Notes: generated by a model not told the origin, from the letters alone. A stretch of DNA of 64,000 bases from the human T2T-CHM13v2.0 reference genome, Homo sapiens (GCF_009914755.1 NC_060948.1), one strand, 5' to 3'. Counted from the first letter of the stretch, positions 1 to 14,079 are shown. Program-made: numbers and translations.

Positions 1-17
1 AAAAACAAGAACAAAAA

Positions 18-150
18 ATGGGTAACTATGTGACTTGATGGATAGGCTAATTTATTTCATTATAGTAACCTTTTTATTATCCAAATGTATCTCATAACAT
101 CAGGCTGTATAACTTAAATATACAGAATAAGTTTATTGTTTTTTTAAAAA
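18..150 (+). mobile_element. L1MA-type 3' end fragment
   Basis: ggtaactatgtga...cataacatcaggctgtataacttaaatatacag resembles the L1MA 3' terminus. Confidence 0.65.
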
Positions 151-289
151 GAGTATATAAGAAAGGGAAGAATATATTCTGTTGTTCAAGCCTTTTGCAC
201 TAAGCAGGTCCTTTGGAATAAAATTACAAAATGAATTGTCATTGCAATTATGTTCAATTTGTAAAACCCACCAGAGAGAGAGTCATTGC

Positions 290-395
290 AAGGACTGAGA
301 TTCTTGAGGTTACAGGGTCTGTTTCTTATTTACTTTTGCTTTCCCAGCACCTAGGATAGTACCTGACACAAAGCAGGCACTCAGTAAATGTGTGC
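290..395 (+). mobile_element. L2 3' end fragment
   Basis: cccagcacctaggatagtacctgacacaaagcaggcactcagtaaatg is a typical L2 tail. Confidence 0.7.
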
Positions 396-1184
396 GTAAA
401 AACAACAGTAAACAAGGAATATTTTTTTTGTAACTCCAAAGGAATTAGAAGCTCAGCTGTGCCTCTGTAGGGAAAGCCCCAGAGATTTAGCTATGAAAAC
501 AAAGACAACATCAACAGAGATTCATCCTTTCCAAGTTTTCCTGGAGCCTTATAATCAGCCTATTACCTGACTGCTTGAGGAATTATTGGCCCTATCACTT
601 GATGAGATGCCCAGGGAAAAATGACCAGGACAGCAGGGTTGAAATGCTCTAATTACTAAGAGAATGAACATCATGATAAGACATAAACCAGAATGCTACA
701 CACATGGACTTAATGAACTACAGAGTCCTCATTCAAGACAGAAGTCTTCACGTTTTCATAAACACAAAGGTGAGATGACATTTCTTGCCCAAATTTACCA
801 AATAGCTCTCTCATGTTCCTTCCTTTATTGGACATGGAGGCTTTGTAGAAAATAATGAAAATTTTATTCCTCAAGTGACCCCAGAATTATACAATGCCTA
901 CAAATGCAACCCCAAATAGCACATTTTTGTTTTTTGATGTTCTTTTATTAAGAGTGTCACATGGTCTATGTACAAAGTGGTATGGTCTATGAACAAAGCT
1001 GTTAGCAAGGATATAAAAAAAGTACATGTGGTTTTGTAATTTTTACATTGACATATCCCTAAACTACAGCAATCTTGTAATTTGTCACCCACATTGTGGG
1101 TGATTAAAGGGGGGTGTGGTGTTTATTAATTTTATGAGCATTGATGTAAATTAGAACTGTCTGAGGAAAGCCAGGACGAAGCCA

Positions 1185-1932
<748 letters not shown>

Positions 1933-1938
1933 TGACAT

Positions 1939-2240
1939 GGCCGGGTGCAGTGGCTCACACCTGTAATCCCAGCATTTTGGGAGGCCGAGGTGGGCAGATC
2001 TTGAGGTCAGGAGATGGAGACCATCCTGGCCAACACCATGAAACCCCGTCTCTAATAAAAATACAAAAAATTAGCCATGTGTGGTGGTGGGTGCCTATAG
2101 TCCCAGCTACCTGGAGGCTGAGGCAGGAGAATGGCATGAACGCCAGAGGCAGAGCTTGCAGTGAGCCAAGATCGCACCACGGCACTCCAGCCTGGGTGAT
2201 AGAGCTAGACTCTGTCTCAATAAAAAAAAAAAAAAAAAAA
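1939..2240 (+). mobile_element. Alu (Sc/Y-like)
   Basis: Full Alu with A-tail; target-site duplication (TSD) ggaaatgaca on both sides. Confidence 0.95.
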
Positions 2241-2529
2241 TGGAAATGACACTATGGTGAGCATGTCTTCTGCCACGATGAATTCCTAAACACAAAATCA
2301 CATTTGTGTGTCCCAGTCATATTTATTATACTGAGTTGTCATGAAGAGTTTTGTCTGATATTGATTTCCATAACTTATCACCAGGGTTCTATTGCTCAGC
2401 TTCCATCTCCAGAAACATCCCCAGTCAACAATGTCCCATGTCAGAGCAACCTTATCCACCTGTAAATGCTGCAGCCAGCCCAGAAGAATGCCAGTTACTT
2501 CTTTTCTGCTATATTGACGTCAGTTTTTT

Positions 2530-3140
2530 AGAGATTCAGCGGACCTGGAGCGTGGCCTTCATGCAGGGTAGGTGACCCCCAGATTGGGGCTTAGCTCAGG
2601 AAAAGTTTTTGGCTTCACATAGGGAAGAATTCAACAGTGAGCAGGTAGTGTAAGAAAACAAATTGATTGAAGTGGCAGTGTTACAGCTCCAGCTACAGTG
2701 TTACAGCTCTGGCTACAGCTCTGTTACTGCTCCTGAAGGACTACCCAAGAGGCAGTGGGCTGAGAGTAGCAGCTCAGAGGCAATTCTGGAGTCATATTTT
2801 TACCCACTTTTAATTACAGAAAATCTCTTGAGCAGGGGTTGGCTTCTCTTCAAATATTCCGTGAGAAGAATATGCTAATACTGTTTTGACACTGAAGACG
2901 TCTCATTGCAAAAAAAAAAAGTACATATGCAAATCAAGGGGTGCAAATCAAGGGGTGCATTATGCAGAAATTTGTAGAAAAGATGTGGTAACTTCTGAGT
3001 GTTTCTATGGCAATAGTGAACTGACATGGCCTAGTGGTGGGTGTGTCTTATGGGAAGGTGCTTCTGTTCCTTCCCTGTTTTAGCTAGTCCTCAGTTTGGT
3101 CTGGTGTGTGAGTCCTGCCTCTAAACTTGAGTACTGCCTC
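2530..3140 (-). mobile_element. ERV1 solo LTR (MER50-like), interrupted at ~2819-2920 by a foreign insert
   Basis: ggggcttagctcagg...gaattcaa...gaagtggcagtg...atgcaaatcaagggg resembles MER50/MER4-group LTR. Confidence 0.6.
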
Positions 3141-3462
3141 ACATAGTAGTCTTTCAGGACACATGTCCTCTTTCAAATTGAACTGACAAGGAAACCCTGA
3201 CACAGAGCAAAAAGTATAAAGTTTGAATGGAATCTTAATAGGAGACATGCCATCCTAATTGATTATTGTAGCATTGCTTTGTAGGGAATGAGATGTAGGG
3301 AATGAGATGTTGGGAGGTGGAGGTTGAATATTTCCTCGCTCATCAACTTTGCTGATCAAGTGGATTGGCCAGTGATCTTAGGAGGGAAAAGAGACAACTA
3401 AACTTTTCCGCTGTGAGATTTACACATGTCATTTTGTCAGGAATGGAGATCAATGGTTTATG

Positions 3463-3755
3463 GCAGTGGTCCCCTATTTTTTTTGACACCAGGAATCGAA
3501 TTCGTGGAAGATAATTTTTCCATGAAACCAGGGGTGGTAGGGGATGCTTTCAGGATGATTTAAGCGCATTACATTTATTGTGCCCCTGATTTCTATGATT
3601 ATTACATTGTAATATAAAATAAAATAATTATACAACTCACCATAATGTAGAATCAGTGGAAACCCTGAGCTTGTTTGCCTTCAATTAGACGATCCTATCT
3701 GGGGGTGATGGGAGACAGTGACAGATTATCAGGCATTATATTCTCATAAGGAGCA
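3463..3755. mobile_element. MER1B (hAT-Charlie) DNA transposon, truncated on the right
   Basis: cagtggtcccc start; caactcaccataatgtagaatcagtgg and gggggtgatgggagacagtgacagat motifs; second terminal inverted repeat absent. Confidence 0.8.
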
Positions 3756-3877
3756 AGGACTCCTTGTGAGTCCTTATCCAACAAGATTAGGATAGTCTGT
3801 AGTTTACAGACATCATTCTCATAGTTCCACAACATTTAACCAATGGCAACATGTGTGCAGAAATGTGTGTGGAGGAC

Positions 3878-3976
3878 ATATATATGTAAATATATGTATA
3901 CATATATGTATATATACACACACATACACATACACACATAATATATAATATAAAAAGTATATATATATATATATAT
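3878..3976. repeat. Compound (TA)/(CA) microsatellite
   Basis: Direct reading. Confidence 0.9.
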
Positions 3977-5221
3977 TTTTGCAGTGAGACATCTTCAGTG
4001 TCAAAAGAGTATTGGCATATTCTCCTCATGGAGTATTTGGAGAGAAGCCAATCCCTGTTCAAGGAACAGCTGCAACTAAGGATGTGACATGGCTTGCCAT
4101 CAGTGCTTACTAGATGCTATGATACAGCATCTATGTTCCTGTCATGCAATACAGGAAACATCCATAGACTCCTTTAAAAATACAAATTCATGGGTTTAAG
4201 GTTATGGTTGTCAGAAGCAGTAGCAGCAGGAACATGTTAGTTACACATGTTAGAATAATTATGGCAACATGTTAATATTGATGGTATCAGGGTCATAAAA
4301 ATTTGCTAGTGCACCTATAAACACACTCAAATATCCAACAAGGTTAGGATAATCTGTAGTTTACAGACTTCATTCTGATAGTTCCACATTTAACCAATAG
4401 CAACATGTGTGCAGATATGTGCATGGAAGACATGTTCAAACACTAATTGAAAGAGATTTTTCTTCCGCAGAATTGTATAATCAATAAGAAAGTGGCTTCC
4501 CTAAGAAGTGTAGAGGATACAGGAAGGCAAGAAGAAATAGGAACTGGAAGAAGGAGGGAAGAAGCAAATTCATTTATTTATAAGGCTTTAAAGCCAAATA
4601 ATTGGCAAGTCATATAATTGGCTAGAGAGATTGGGTCTTGCTGATGATTAATTACAACCTGTCTTTGTGTGAATCACCTGGTTTCCTGCCAAAGATGAAG
4701 ATGAAACATTTCCATGAGTAGGCAATTCAGTCTGAGTGTGTCTCATGTTATTTTCAGATGAGGAGACTCCATGTGCATGGTTGCAGCAGGCATTCTTGGG
4801 AGCTCATGAGCTGAATTTCAGGAAAAGCCCAAGAAGATTCCACATTTCCCTCAGGATATCCTCAGGAAAATGTCTGCAGGCCTGGAAACACTTAGCCATC
4901 ACTTGTTTATTTGAGAGAAATCAAAAAGGATTATGGAAACAGATTGGAATGTTGAACCACATTTATAAATGTTCCTAAGCTGTTTCCACTAACCAAAAAT
5001 GATGCTGAATAAACAGAAAACAAACAAAAAGGTCAGGCTGAGAAAGATCACTAGGACTGGCCCCCACAAAAGGGGAAAAGTACTGTGAATATTTAGTGGA
5101 AGAGAAAATGGTAGACATTGACAACCAAGGGAGTGAAGAAGATAGCTTGTCAAAGGGAAGTGTTAGAAAATTAACTCTCTTAGAAGGCTGAAATAAAACA
5201 GATCCAAAAAAGAAAAAAAAG

Positions 5222-5502
5222 TAAGTCCTTAATCCATTTTGTTTTAATTGTTGTATATGGTGAGAGACAGAGGTCTAGTTTTATTCTTCCATATGTGAAT
5301 ATGCAGTTTTCCCAGTACTATTTATTGAAGAGACTGTCTTTTCCTCAAGGTATGTTTGTGGCACCTTTGTGAAAAATGAGTTCGCTTTAGATCTGTGGAT
5401 TTATTTCTGGGTGCTCTAGTCTGTTCCCTTAGTCTATGTGTCTGGTTTTATACCAGTACTATGCTATTTTGGTCACTATAGCTCTGTAGGAAACTTTGAA
5501 GT
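5222..5502 (-). mobile_element. L1M ORF2 fragment
   Basis: ttgtatatggtgagag...ttcccagtactatttattgaagagactgtc is antisense L1 ORF2. Confidence 0.85.
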
Positions 5503-6328
5503 ACTCCATAAATACATTTAAAAAAATCAAACTGAGAACTCTTATCACTTATGATATCATTGGGTAAAGGTAAAATGCATTCATTCATGAAGTGAAGACA
5601 CTGAGCACCTGGTGTATACCAGTCAATGTGCTAGGTGTGGGCTGAGTATAGTGAGAATGGAAATGTGTGAAGAAGGAAAGAAAGAGACCATGAATTCTTT
5701 GACATTGTTGGAGACCACAATGATCTTATCTGCTTGGAAATACGAGATAGCTTTAAGGTACAATATTGAGTCATTCTTTTGGACAGAATTCTGCAAAGGT
5801 GGTAGGCCAGATATCCTTCTTGGTTCTGCCCTCTTCATTCATGGAGACTTTTTAAATTATGATTTTTGAGTATGGGTAACTCCAGCTGTTACCAAGACTA
5901 TCAGGAAAAGGGAAAGAATAGGGAATCTGGTGAAGACAATGAGAAAGATATAAGATTGGAAGCTATGAATTCATGCCTGCACAGACATGAAGGCAGAAAA
6001 TGGGGTTAAAGATGAATAGAAGCAACGATCCAAGTGTGAGAAAAGTCAAGTTAAATGAGATGACTTTGATGCCACAATGTTGGCCAAGCCACAAGTGGAG
6101 ACTATTTCCCTGAGATCACAGAAGGATATCTTGTTATTGATGTGTGTCCTCTACACTGGGGACTTCTTAGGATAACAATGGATTCTTCCTCTTTTTGGCT
6201 CAGAGAAATTCCACTAATCCCTTTCTTGTGGATTTTCATGATTTTACAGAAATATCTCAGGCTGTAGCCAAGGGCACTGCAACTCTTTGGATGCAATTAG
6301 ATTTGGGTCAATTAGGAAATAAAATGTT

Positions 6329-6647
<319 letters not shown>

Positions 6648-7809
6648 TCATATTCTGAGGGTATTCAAGTTGCCCAAAGTGACACAGTAGAGATAAACTT
6701 GGAAGTCTATCCAGAGGGAATATCTGGCTGAGATATTTTCTCAGGGAAGCCAAGAGAGCCCTACCCAAGGGGAGTCTAAGCTCCCCATCCCAACCTCAAG
6801 AGCTCTACATGGACTCAATCAAGTTAAGCATTCTCAAATGTCAGATGAGGCACTTCCAAGCAAAGTTTCCAGTGGAGGAAGAAAGTGCACATGGAAGGAA
6901 ACCTTTCTATTAGGAGAAAGGTCAGATGCTGATTCCTAAAAGCCTCAAATCACATTCACTACTCTTGTCTTTCTGACCCCTCTACTTCAACCTAACTATG
7001 AGTGAGGTAAGAAGGATTTCCTGAATTGCAAGCATACCTAGCAATTTCCCAGAGAGCAAAAAGCATAATTTCTAATCTCCTCAATCAGAGGAGTGTAAAG
7101 CAATTTTATTTGGTTGTCATTCCTGTGGCTGGGGTCCCAAAAAATTCTGAAGGTGTGGTTCCTTCCCACCATTGTTAGGGAGAAGATATTTGGTGGACGT
7201 ATACTAGAACTCACAACAATTCAGGCATTGTTTCTTTGCAATGCTGAGCTATATATTCCAATATATACATTTTTCCCAAATGCATTCTTTTAAATGTAGT
7301 TGTTTGTCTGATACATGGAAGTCTGCTTAAGCTAAATAACAGACTCATCTCTTCCTTGACAGAAAGCTCTTATTTCCTGCACACACTGGGAAGGTCATTG
7401 CTTCCCTCACTCTTGCTCCTGAATGACATATTTCACCCCATGCAGTAACATCAATGGTAGGACATTTATGGAGGTACCTGCTTATTAATGTGTTGTGTTA
7501 TCATCAACTGGATTCATACAAATGGCCAGATGGCAAAGAGAACGTAAGCCTGCATGACTATTCAAACAGAGCCCAAGACACACCTCTGTGTACCTGGCTA
7601 TTTAGGATCTGACCTAAACAAAGCAAGGATATGAACTTAAGTTTCCACAATGCTTTCCTTACACCTGGGAATATCCAGGATTGACCTCGAATCCTTTGAA
7701 ATCATTCATAATGCACCCCTCAGAGTGCTGAACCCAGATGAAATCTGTGCATGGGGAAGCTCTGATTGAGTACACACTGAAGCACATTTCCATAGTAGGA
7801 ATAGTTAGA

Positions 7810-7944
7810 GAGAGAGATGATGGATAGATAAATAGATAGATGATAGATGAATAGATAGGCGGGTAATAGATTTTATATAGATAGATGATAGCTAGATAAT
7901 GGATAGACATAGGTGACAGATGATAAATACATAGATAAATAGAT

Positions 7945-7994
<50 letters not shown>

Positions 7995-8000
7995 CAGATG
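7810..8000 (+). repeat. GATA STR, (GATA)12 at 7945-7992; likely Y-STR DYS522
   Basis: 12 uninterrupted GATA units counted; flanks cctttgaaatcattcataatgc (7693-7714) and ccagaaccctctgtttatga (8033-8052) match the DYS522 primers as recalled. Confidence 0.85.
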
Positions 8001-8856
8001 TCCACCATGAGGTTCCGGCTCTCACTGGTTCCCCAGAACCCTCTGTTTATGACTCTGTCTTCCAGCACAGTTAATCTGTCAAATGTTAATTCCAGGAGCA
8101 TTTTATCAGAAAGTTCCCCACCCTGTCAACAAAGCACAAGCCTTTCCCCTAAGAAGTCACACTGCTGCCAGTAGCAGGGCTGACTGGGCTCATGCAGGTG
8201 TACACACTCAGGGAGCATTACTCACCCCAGAGACAATGCAGAAGAAACCAGTGAGGACAAATTTGTTCCCATGTCCCTTTCATCATCTTGGCAAAAAGAA
8301 ATGCTGAAGAATATAAAATGCTGCTTACACATGTACCTGTGTGCTTCCTCTGGGTCCCGGGGATGGCAAGTGGGAGCTGTACCTTAATGACCACAGTCCT
8401 TTGACTGATCCTTTGACTGATCTCTTCAGCTGGCCAATGTCCATTTGCTTCCTTTGGAGGCCTATCATGCATCTATATTGCAGATTGTACGATCCACTGG
8501 ACCCAGCAACAGATAAGTGAAGGGTTAGACACCCAGAGATAGTCTCTTAGCTCAGGATGCCCAACAAAATGTGATAGCCTGGGGAGCTTAGACCACAGAC
8601 GTTTATTGCTCACAGTTCTGAAGGTTGGAGGTCCAAGATCAAAGCATGGTAGATTCAGCGTCTGGTGAGGACTTGGTTCTTGGTTCGTAGTCAGTGCCTC
8701 CTTGCTGGGTCCTCACATGGTGAACAGCATGGGATGGCCAGAGAGAGGGAGGGAAGGAGGGAGGAGGGGAGAGAGAGAGAGAGAAAGAGCTTCCCTGAGT
8801 ATCTTCTTATAAGGACACTAATCCTATCACATCAGGTCTCCATCCTTATGACGTTG

Positions 8857-9222
8857 GTATTAGCCTGTTCTCATGCTGCTAATAAAGACATACCCAAGAC
8901 TGAGTAATTTATAAAGAAAAAGAGGTTTAATGGATTCACAGTTCCACATGGCTGGGAAGGCCTCACAATCATGGCAAAAGCTAAGGAGGAGCAAAGTCAC
9001 ATCTTACATGGTGGCAGCCAAGAGAGCATGCACAGGAGAATGCCTCTTTACAAAACCATCAGATCTTGTGAGGCTTATTCACTACCACAAGAACAGTATG
9101 GGAAAGACCCGCCTTCGTGATTCAATTACCTCTCACTGGGTTCCTCCCATGACACGTGGGGATTATGGGAGCTACAATTCAAGATGAGATTTAGGTGGGG
9201 ACACAGTCAAACCATAATATCA
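8857..9222 (-). mobile_element. THE1 solo LTR
   Basis: gtattag...gctaataaagacatacccaagact...gggacacagtcaaaccata. Confidence 0.9.
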
Positions 9223-9241
9223 TTGAATCTTAATTATATCC

Positions 9242-9617
9242 TGTTAAATTAAGTTTAGCCTAAAGCTGCCTCCTCACATATTTTAAGTTAATCTCTGCAC
9301 ACAGTGCACTGTGACCTAACTGGATGTGCAAACGTGCAAACAGACTGGAATCTACTCCTGTGCCAACCACCAAGATTTGACCAATCAAAAGTGGCCAGTG
9401 GTACAAACTGTGTTAAAATAAGGTAAATGCCAAGCTGTAACCAATCCAGCTGTTTCTGTACCTCACTTTCATTTTTCTGTCCATAAATCTTTGACCATGC
9501 AGCAGCACCGGAGATTGAACCTATTCTGGTTTTCGGGGGGGCTGCCTGATTTGGGAATCATTCTTTGCTCAATCATCCTCTGTTACATTTAATTTGTCTA
9601 AGGTTTTTCTTTTAACA
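9242..9617 (+). mobile_element. MER57-type ERV1 solo LTR
   Basis: tgttaaattaagtttagcctaaagctgcc start, cttttaaca end (TG...CA). Confidence 0.8.
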
Positions 9618-10126
9618 GACATTATTCCAAATACACCCACACTGGCAGTTAGAGCTTTGTCATATGGATGTGGGGGGAAGGGACAGAAACATTGAGACCT
9701 GAACAGATGAAAATATCCAAGATCCAGTATTCTGTGTGTTAAATGTAGGGTCCCCCTTCCATTAATTAGTCTAATAAATGGTTTGGTGAAATATTTCTCA
9801 AATGTAAAAAAAAAAAAAAGAAAAAACAAAAGAATCACCTGTATCAGGTGGTCCTTCTCAAGTTTTATGTTTTCAATTTTTCTTTTTTCTTTTTTTTTTT
9901 TTTCTTTTGCACATGGATGAAATGCAGAATGCAGTCCTATAAATAAGCTTACTCTTTTGCCAGCACTGGGCTCTTTTCCAGGTGGGCATATGGGCTAGTT
10001 GAGTATTTTTCACCTAGTCAGAGCTCAACAAAAATTAAAATAGAAAAAGTGCTGAACTGATTTAGTTATAACACAAATGGTTACAGTGTTGCATGTTTAT
10101 GGTACTGAGATAAAAGCTGAATCTGC

Positions 10127-10467
<341 letters not shown>

Positions 10468-11000
10468 TTAGTCACTGTTAACATTAGTTGTCCTTCCTGG
10501 ACCACCCTGATGGGGTTAGGTGTCAAAGGTTACTGAACTCACTTTCAGGCATGCAAACTGCAAAATGTGCACACTTAGTATCTGTTCGATAATCTGAAGA
10601 GCTGCAAATCTCCCACTAAGCTGGAAGAATGGGGTGGAGTAAATTCAGTGCAAAGCAGAGACCTGCTTGGTGTGTCCATAGGTTCATGGTTCCTTCTAGG
10701 GAAATGCATGGCCTATTCTTCATGTCTTGCCCTCAGCCATCATCACCAAGAGCTTCTTCGAGCTGAGGTCTGGAAGTGAAATGTGGGGAGCAAAATACAT
10801 CCTAACCATGGAGAGAAGGCCTTGAGTTCAGGGAGGCTCAACAGAAGAATAGCTGGGCTGCTGCTTGAGCCTGCTCTAGCTTCATCCACCTGCATGCTGC
10901 TGGCACTGGGGCTGTAGCCTGCAGCCTGTGTACCTGGGGTTTTAACCTGATCATGGCTCCTTTGCCAAACATATGGGCCCCTTGAGTCTCAGCCAAGGGG

Positions 11001-11190
11001 TCCCAAAGTGCCTCGGCCTCCCAAAGTGCTGGGATTACAGGCATGAGCCACCGTACCTGGCTAGTTCATAAAGATTTATTGCCTAGATTTTCCTCCAAGA
11101 ATTTTGTAATTTCACCACTAACATTTAGGTCTTTCTTCCATTTTGAGCTTATTTTTGTGTATAGTGTGAAGTAAAGGCCTGTATTAGTTT
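11001..11190 (-). mobile_element. 60-bp Alu 5' stub joined to an L1M ORF2 fragment
   Basis: cctcggcctcccaaagtgctgggattacaggc followed by cctagattttcctcc...ccattttgagcttatttttgtgtatagtgtg. Confidence 0.75.
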
Positions 11191-11354
11191 CTTAGACCTT
11201 GTGTAACACATAAGGAAAGGTTTCCTTCCATGTGCACTTTCTTCCTCCACTGGAAACTTTGCTTGGAAGTGCCTCATCTGACATTTGAGAATGTCAGATG
11301 AGTCTCAGCCATGTCCCCAATCTGGCCCTGACCTGGGTGACTCACCTTGAGACT

Positions 11355-12004
11355 GTATGTCTATGTGTCTGTATGCATGTGTTCTGTATGAATTTGTGTA
11401 CACACATGTGTTTCTGTGTGTTCATGTTTGTATGTGTAGATGCACAAATGCATGCATTTCTGCAGGAGTGTATTATGTATGTGTGTTTGTATATGCACAT
11501 GTGTTTCTGTGTATGTGTGCATGGGTTTCTGTATTATGAATTCATGTATTTGTGGGCATGTATGTACATTCATGCAGGTAAATGTATGCATGAGTTTCTG
11601 TATGAGTTTATATATGCATGTGTTTGTGTGTATATATGTGCATGCATGCAGTTTCTGCATGAGAACATGCATGTATGCATGTGTTTATATGTATATGTGC
11701 ATGCATGCAGTTGTATGTATGCATGGGTTTCTGTATAAGTGTGTGCATGTGTGCATATACATGTGCATGCATGCAGGTGTATGTGTGCATGGATTTCTGC
11801 TTGAGTTTATGTATGCATGGGTTTGTGTGTATATATGTGCATGCATACAAATTTATGTATGCATTAATTTCTGCATAAGTTTATCTGTGCATGTGTTTGT
11901 GTGTATATATGTGCATGCATACAGTTGTATGTATGCATGTGTTTCTGTATAAATGTATGCATGTGTCTGTGTCTGCTTGTATATGTACCTGTGTCTCTGT
12001 GTGT
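11355..12004. repeat. Degenerate TG/TGCA-rich tandem array, ~70-bp period
   Basis: Landmark ttctg(t/c) recurs at ~11382, 11458, 11527, 11596, 11653, 11729, 11795, 11869, 11943. Confidence 0.85.
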
Positions 12005-12702
12005 CCTCCAAAGCAATCCTCTCTTTCCCCTCATCTCCATTTTCTTCTGCATTCTTTCTCACTCTGTAAACTGCAGTTCCCAAGAATGCGGAGATCCAGC
12101 TCATTAGGACATCCATTCTTTATAGAGTAAATTGTGCATCCAAATGGCATGTTGTTTGTATGTTGGTAACAGAGAGTTTTGAATGGGTGAAATAAGACAT
12201 AGAGGTTAATGTTAAAATCAGTCTTGAATTACAACACATCTTCAAACAGGCTTTCAACAGAAAAAAAGTTCACCAAGCTAAAATTCTGACTGATAAGTTT
12301 CAGGTTGCTTACATACCTAAAGATCAAGTTCCAAAATGCATTCAGCAAACACATCCACATTTGTGTTTTGCATCTATCAGTGGGACATGATGGATAATGG
12401 CAAAGGGTTTCTTTTGAGAACATGAACATTTTATTGGATATTTTCACTGATACCCCAGTGAAAGTAGCTCAAAAGCATATACTGTGTCTCAAATACACAC
12501 ATAAACACATACAGATTCTTGAAGCCTCTGAGAAAGTTCTATGCTTACAAATTTTACATATGGTTAAAGTCCAAGCCTGGAGGGAATGGATGGTTCTCTC
12601 CCGAAGAATAGTATAGCTTTTATTATAAATACACTCTCTGCCCAGAGATAGTTTTCAAGGTAACACAATTTGGCTCCCTAAGGATTAGAACAGGAAAAAT
12701 GT

Positions 12703-13064
12703 TGATATGGTTTGGCTGTGTCCCCACCCAAATCTCACCTTGAATCATAGCTCCCACAATTTTCACATGTTGTGGAAGGGACCCAGTGGAAGGTAATTGA
12801 ATCATGGGAGTGGGTCTTTCTTGTGCTGTTCCTTGATAGTGAATAAGTCACATGAGATCTGATGGTTTTATAAGATGGAGTTCTCTGAACAAGCTCTCTT
12901 GCCTGCCACCATGTAAGATGTGCCTTCGTGTCCTTCACCTTCTGCCATAATTGTGAGGTCTTCCCAGCCAAGTGGAACTGAGTCCATTAAGACTCTTTTT
13001 TTTTTTTGTAACTTACCCCGTCTCAGGTACATCTTTGTTAGCAGCATGAGAACAGACAAATACA
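12703..13064 (+). mobile_element. THE1/MST solo LTR
   Basis: tgatatggtttggctgtgtccccaccc...aataca; 5-bp TSD aatgt on both sides. Confidence 0.92.
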
Positions 13065-14079
13065 AATGTCATTGTGACAACTATTGTGCATGAAGCACCT
13101 ATCTGATTAGGGCAACTGAGGGATACATGCATGAGAAGCCCTTGCCACAACCAGGAAATCATCCATAAAAGTATAGCAGAGAAATAAGTCCTTCCCTGGG
13201 CCAATAGAAGCAGCCAGTGCAGGTATTAGGCATAAGAACTGCTGACATGCTGCTCGATTTATAATCCTGGAAGATGTCTGTGCTGTGCTCTGGGACTCTG
13301 GGCACACACCTGTACCTCAATCCTTCCATGGGCTGATGTCAGCAGTCTGGAACCTGCAGGCAAAAGCTGAAAGCCATGGGGATAAGAAACTGCCCTGTAT
13401 GTGGGCACTTGGTAGGGTATCTTAGATCCTTTATTGGCTTTATCTGTCACCTTTCTCCCCCTGAAAAGCTATCTGATGGGGTGTTTGTAGCATCACTGCA
13501 AAATCTCCATGTGTCACCATCTGGAGAAGAAAAAATAAAGGACATTCTTGAAAAATGTAATCTTTGCAGGCACATACTTTCTGAATATGACCTCTTGCAT
13601 CTACAAAGAGACTCTCATCAGGAGGCCAGATTTACAAACTTTTCTTTGGGAAAAAATTGGAAAAGATAACAAAAACACAGGAAATTTTCTCAAAGTGACC
13701 CTTGGAAAATCTGGTTGTTGATGGTTAATGTATTGGGGCTATTCTTAGGATATTACTGGTGAAGCCACTTCTTGGACATGAAGGGCTAGCCAGCAACACC
13801 TTTGGAGATGGTCGGCTGGAGAAAGCCACTGGCTTCACTTGTGTGCTTTTGCCAAACTGGTTTTTGCCAAATTGGCTTGTCTGTCACCCTCCTGGTAAAT
13901 ACAGTCTTCTTAGCAGGGGCCCACATTCTGCATGGGTACAGATAGGGTGAAGGTGCCATTGGACTCAGTTGTCTGGATGGCTGACTGCATGCAGAAATTC
14001 CTGAGCAGAGAAAGGCCCAAAAAGATCTCATGTTTTCCACTCTGCATGTACATTAGATGGTCTAGAAAAAGTTTTAGAA

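Larger units (their letters stand above)
8541..9705 (-). mobile_element. MLT1A-type MaLR LTR split by THE1 and MER57 insertions
   Basis: tttattgctcacagttctg...gtccaagatcaa...cttataaggacactaatcc; resumes at ~9620 with ccaaatacacccacactgg. Confidence 0.75.

Noticed and set aside
11298-12130. Met/Cys/Val-rich ORFs
   Set aside because: Artefacts of the TG-rich array.
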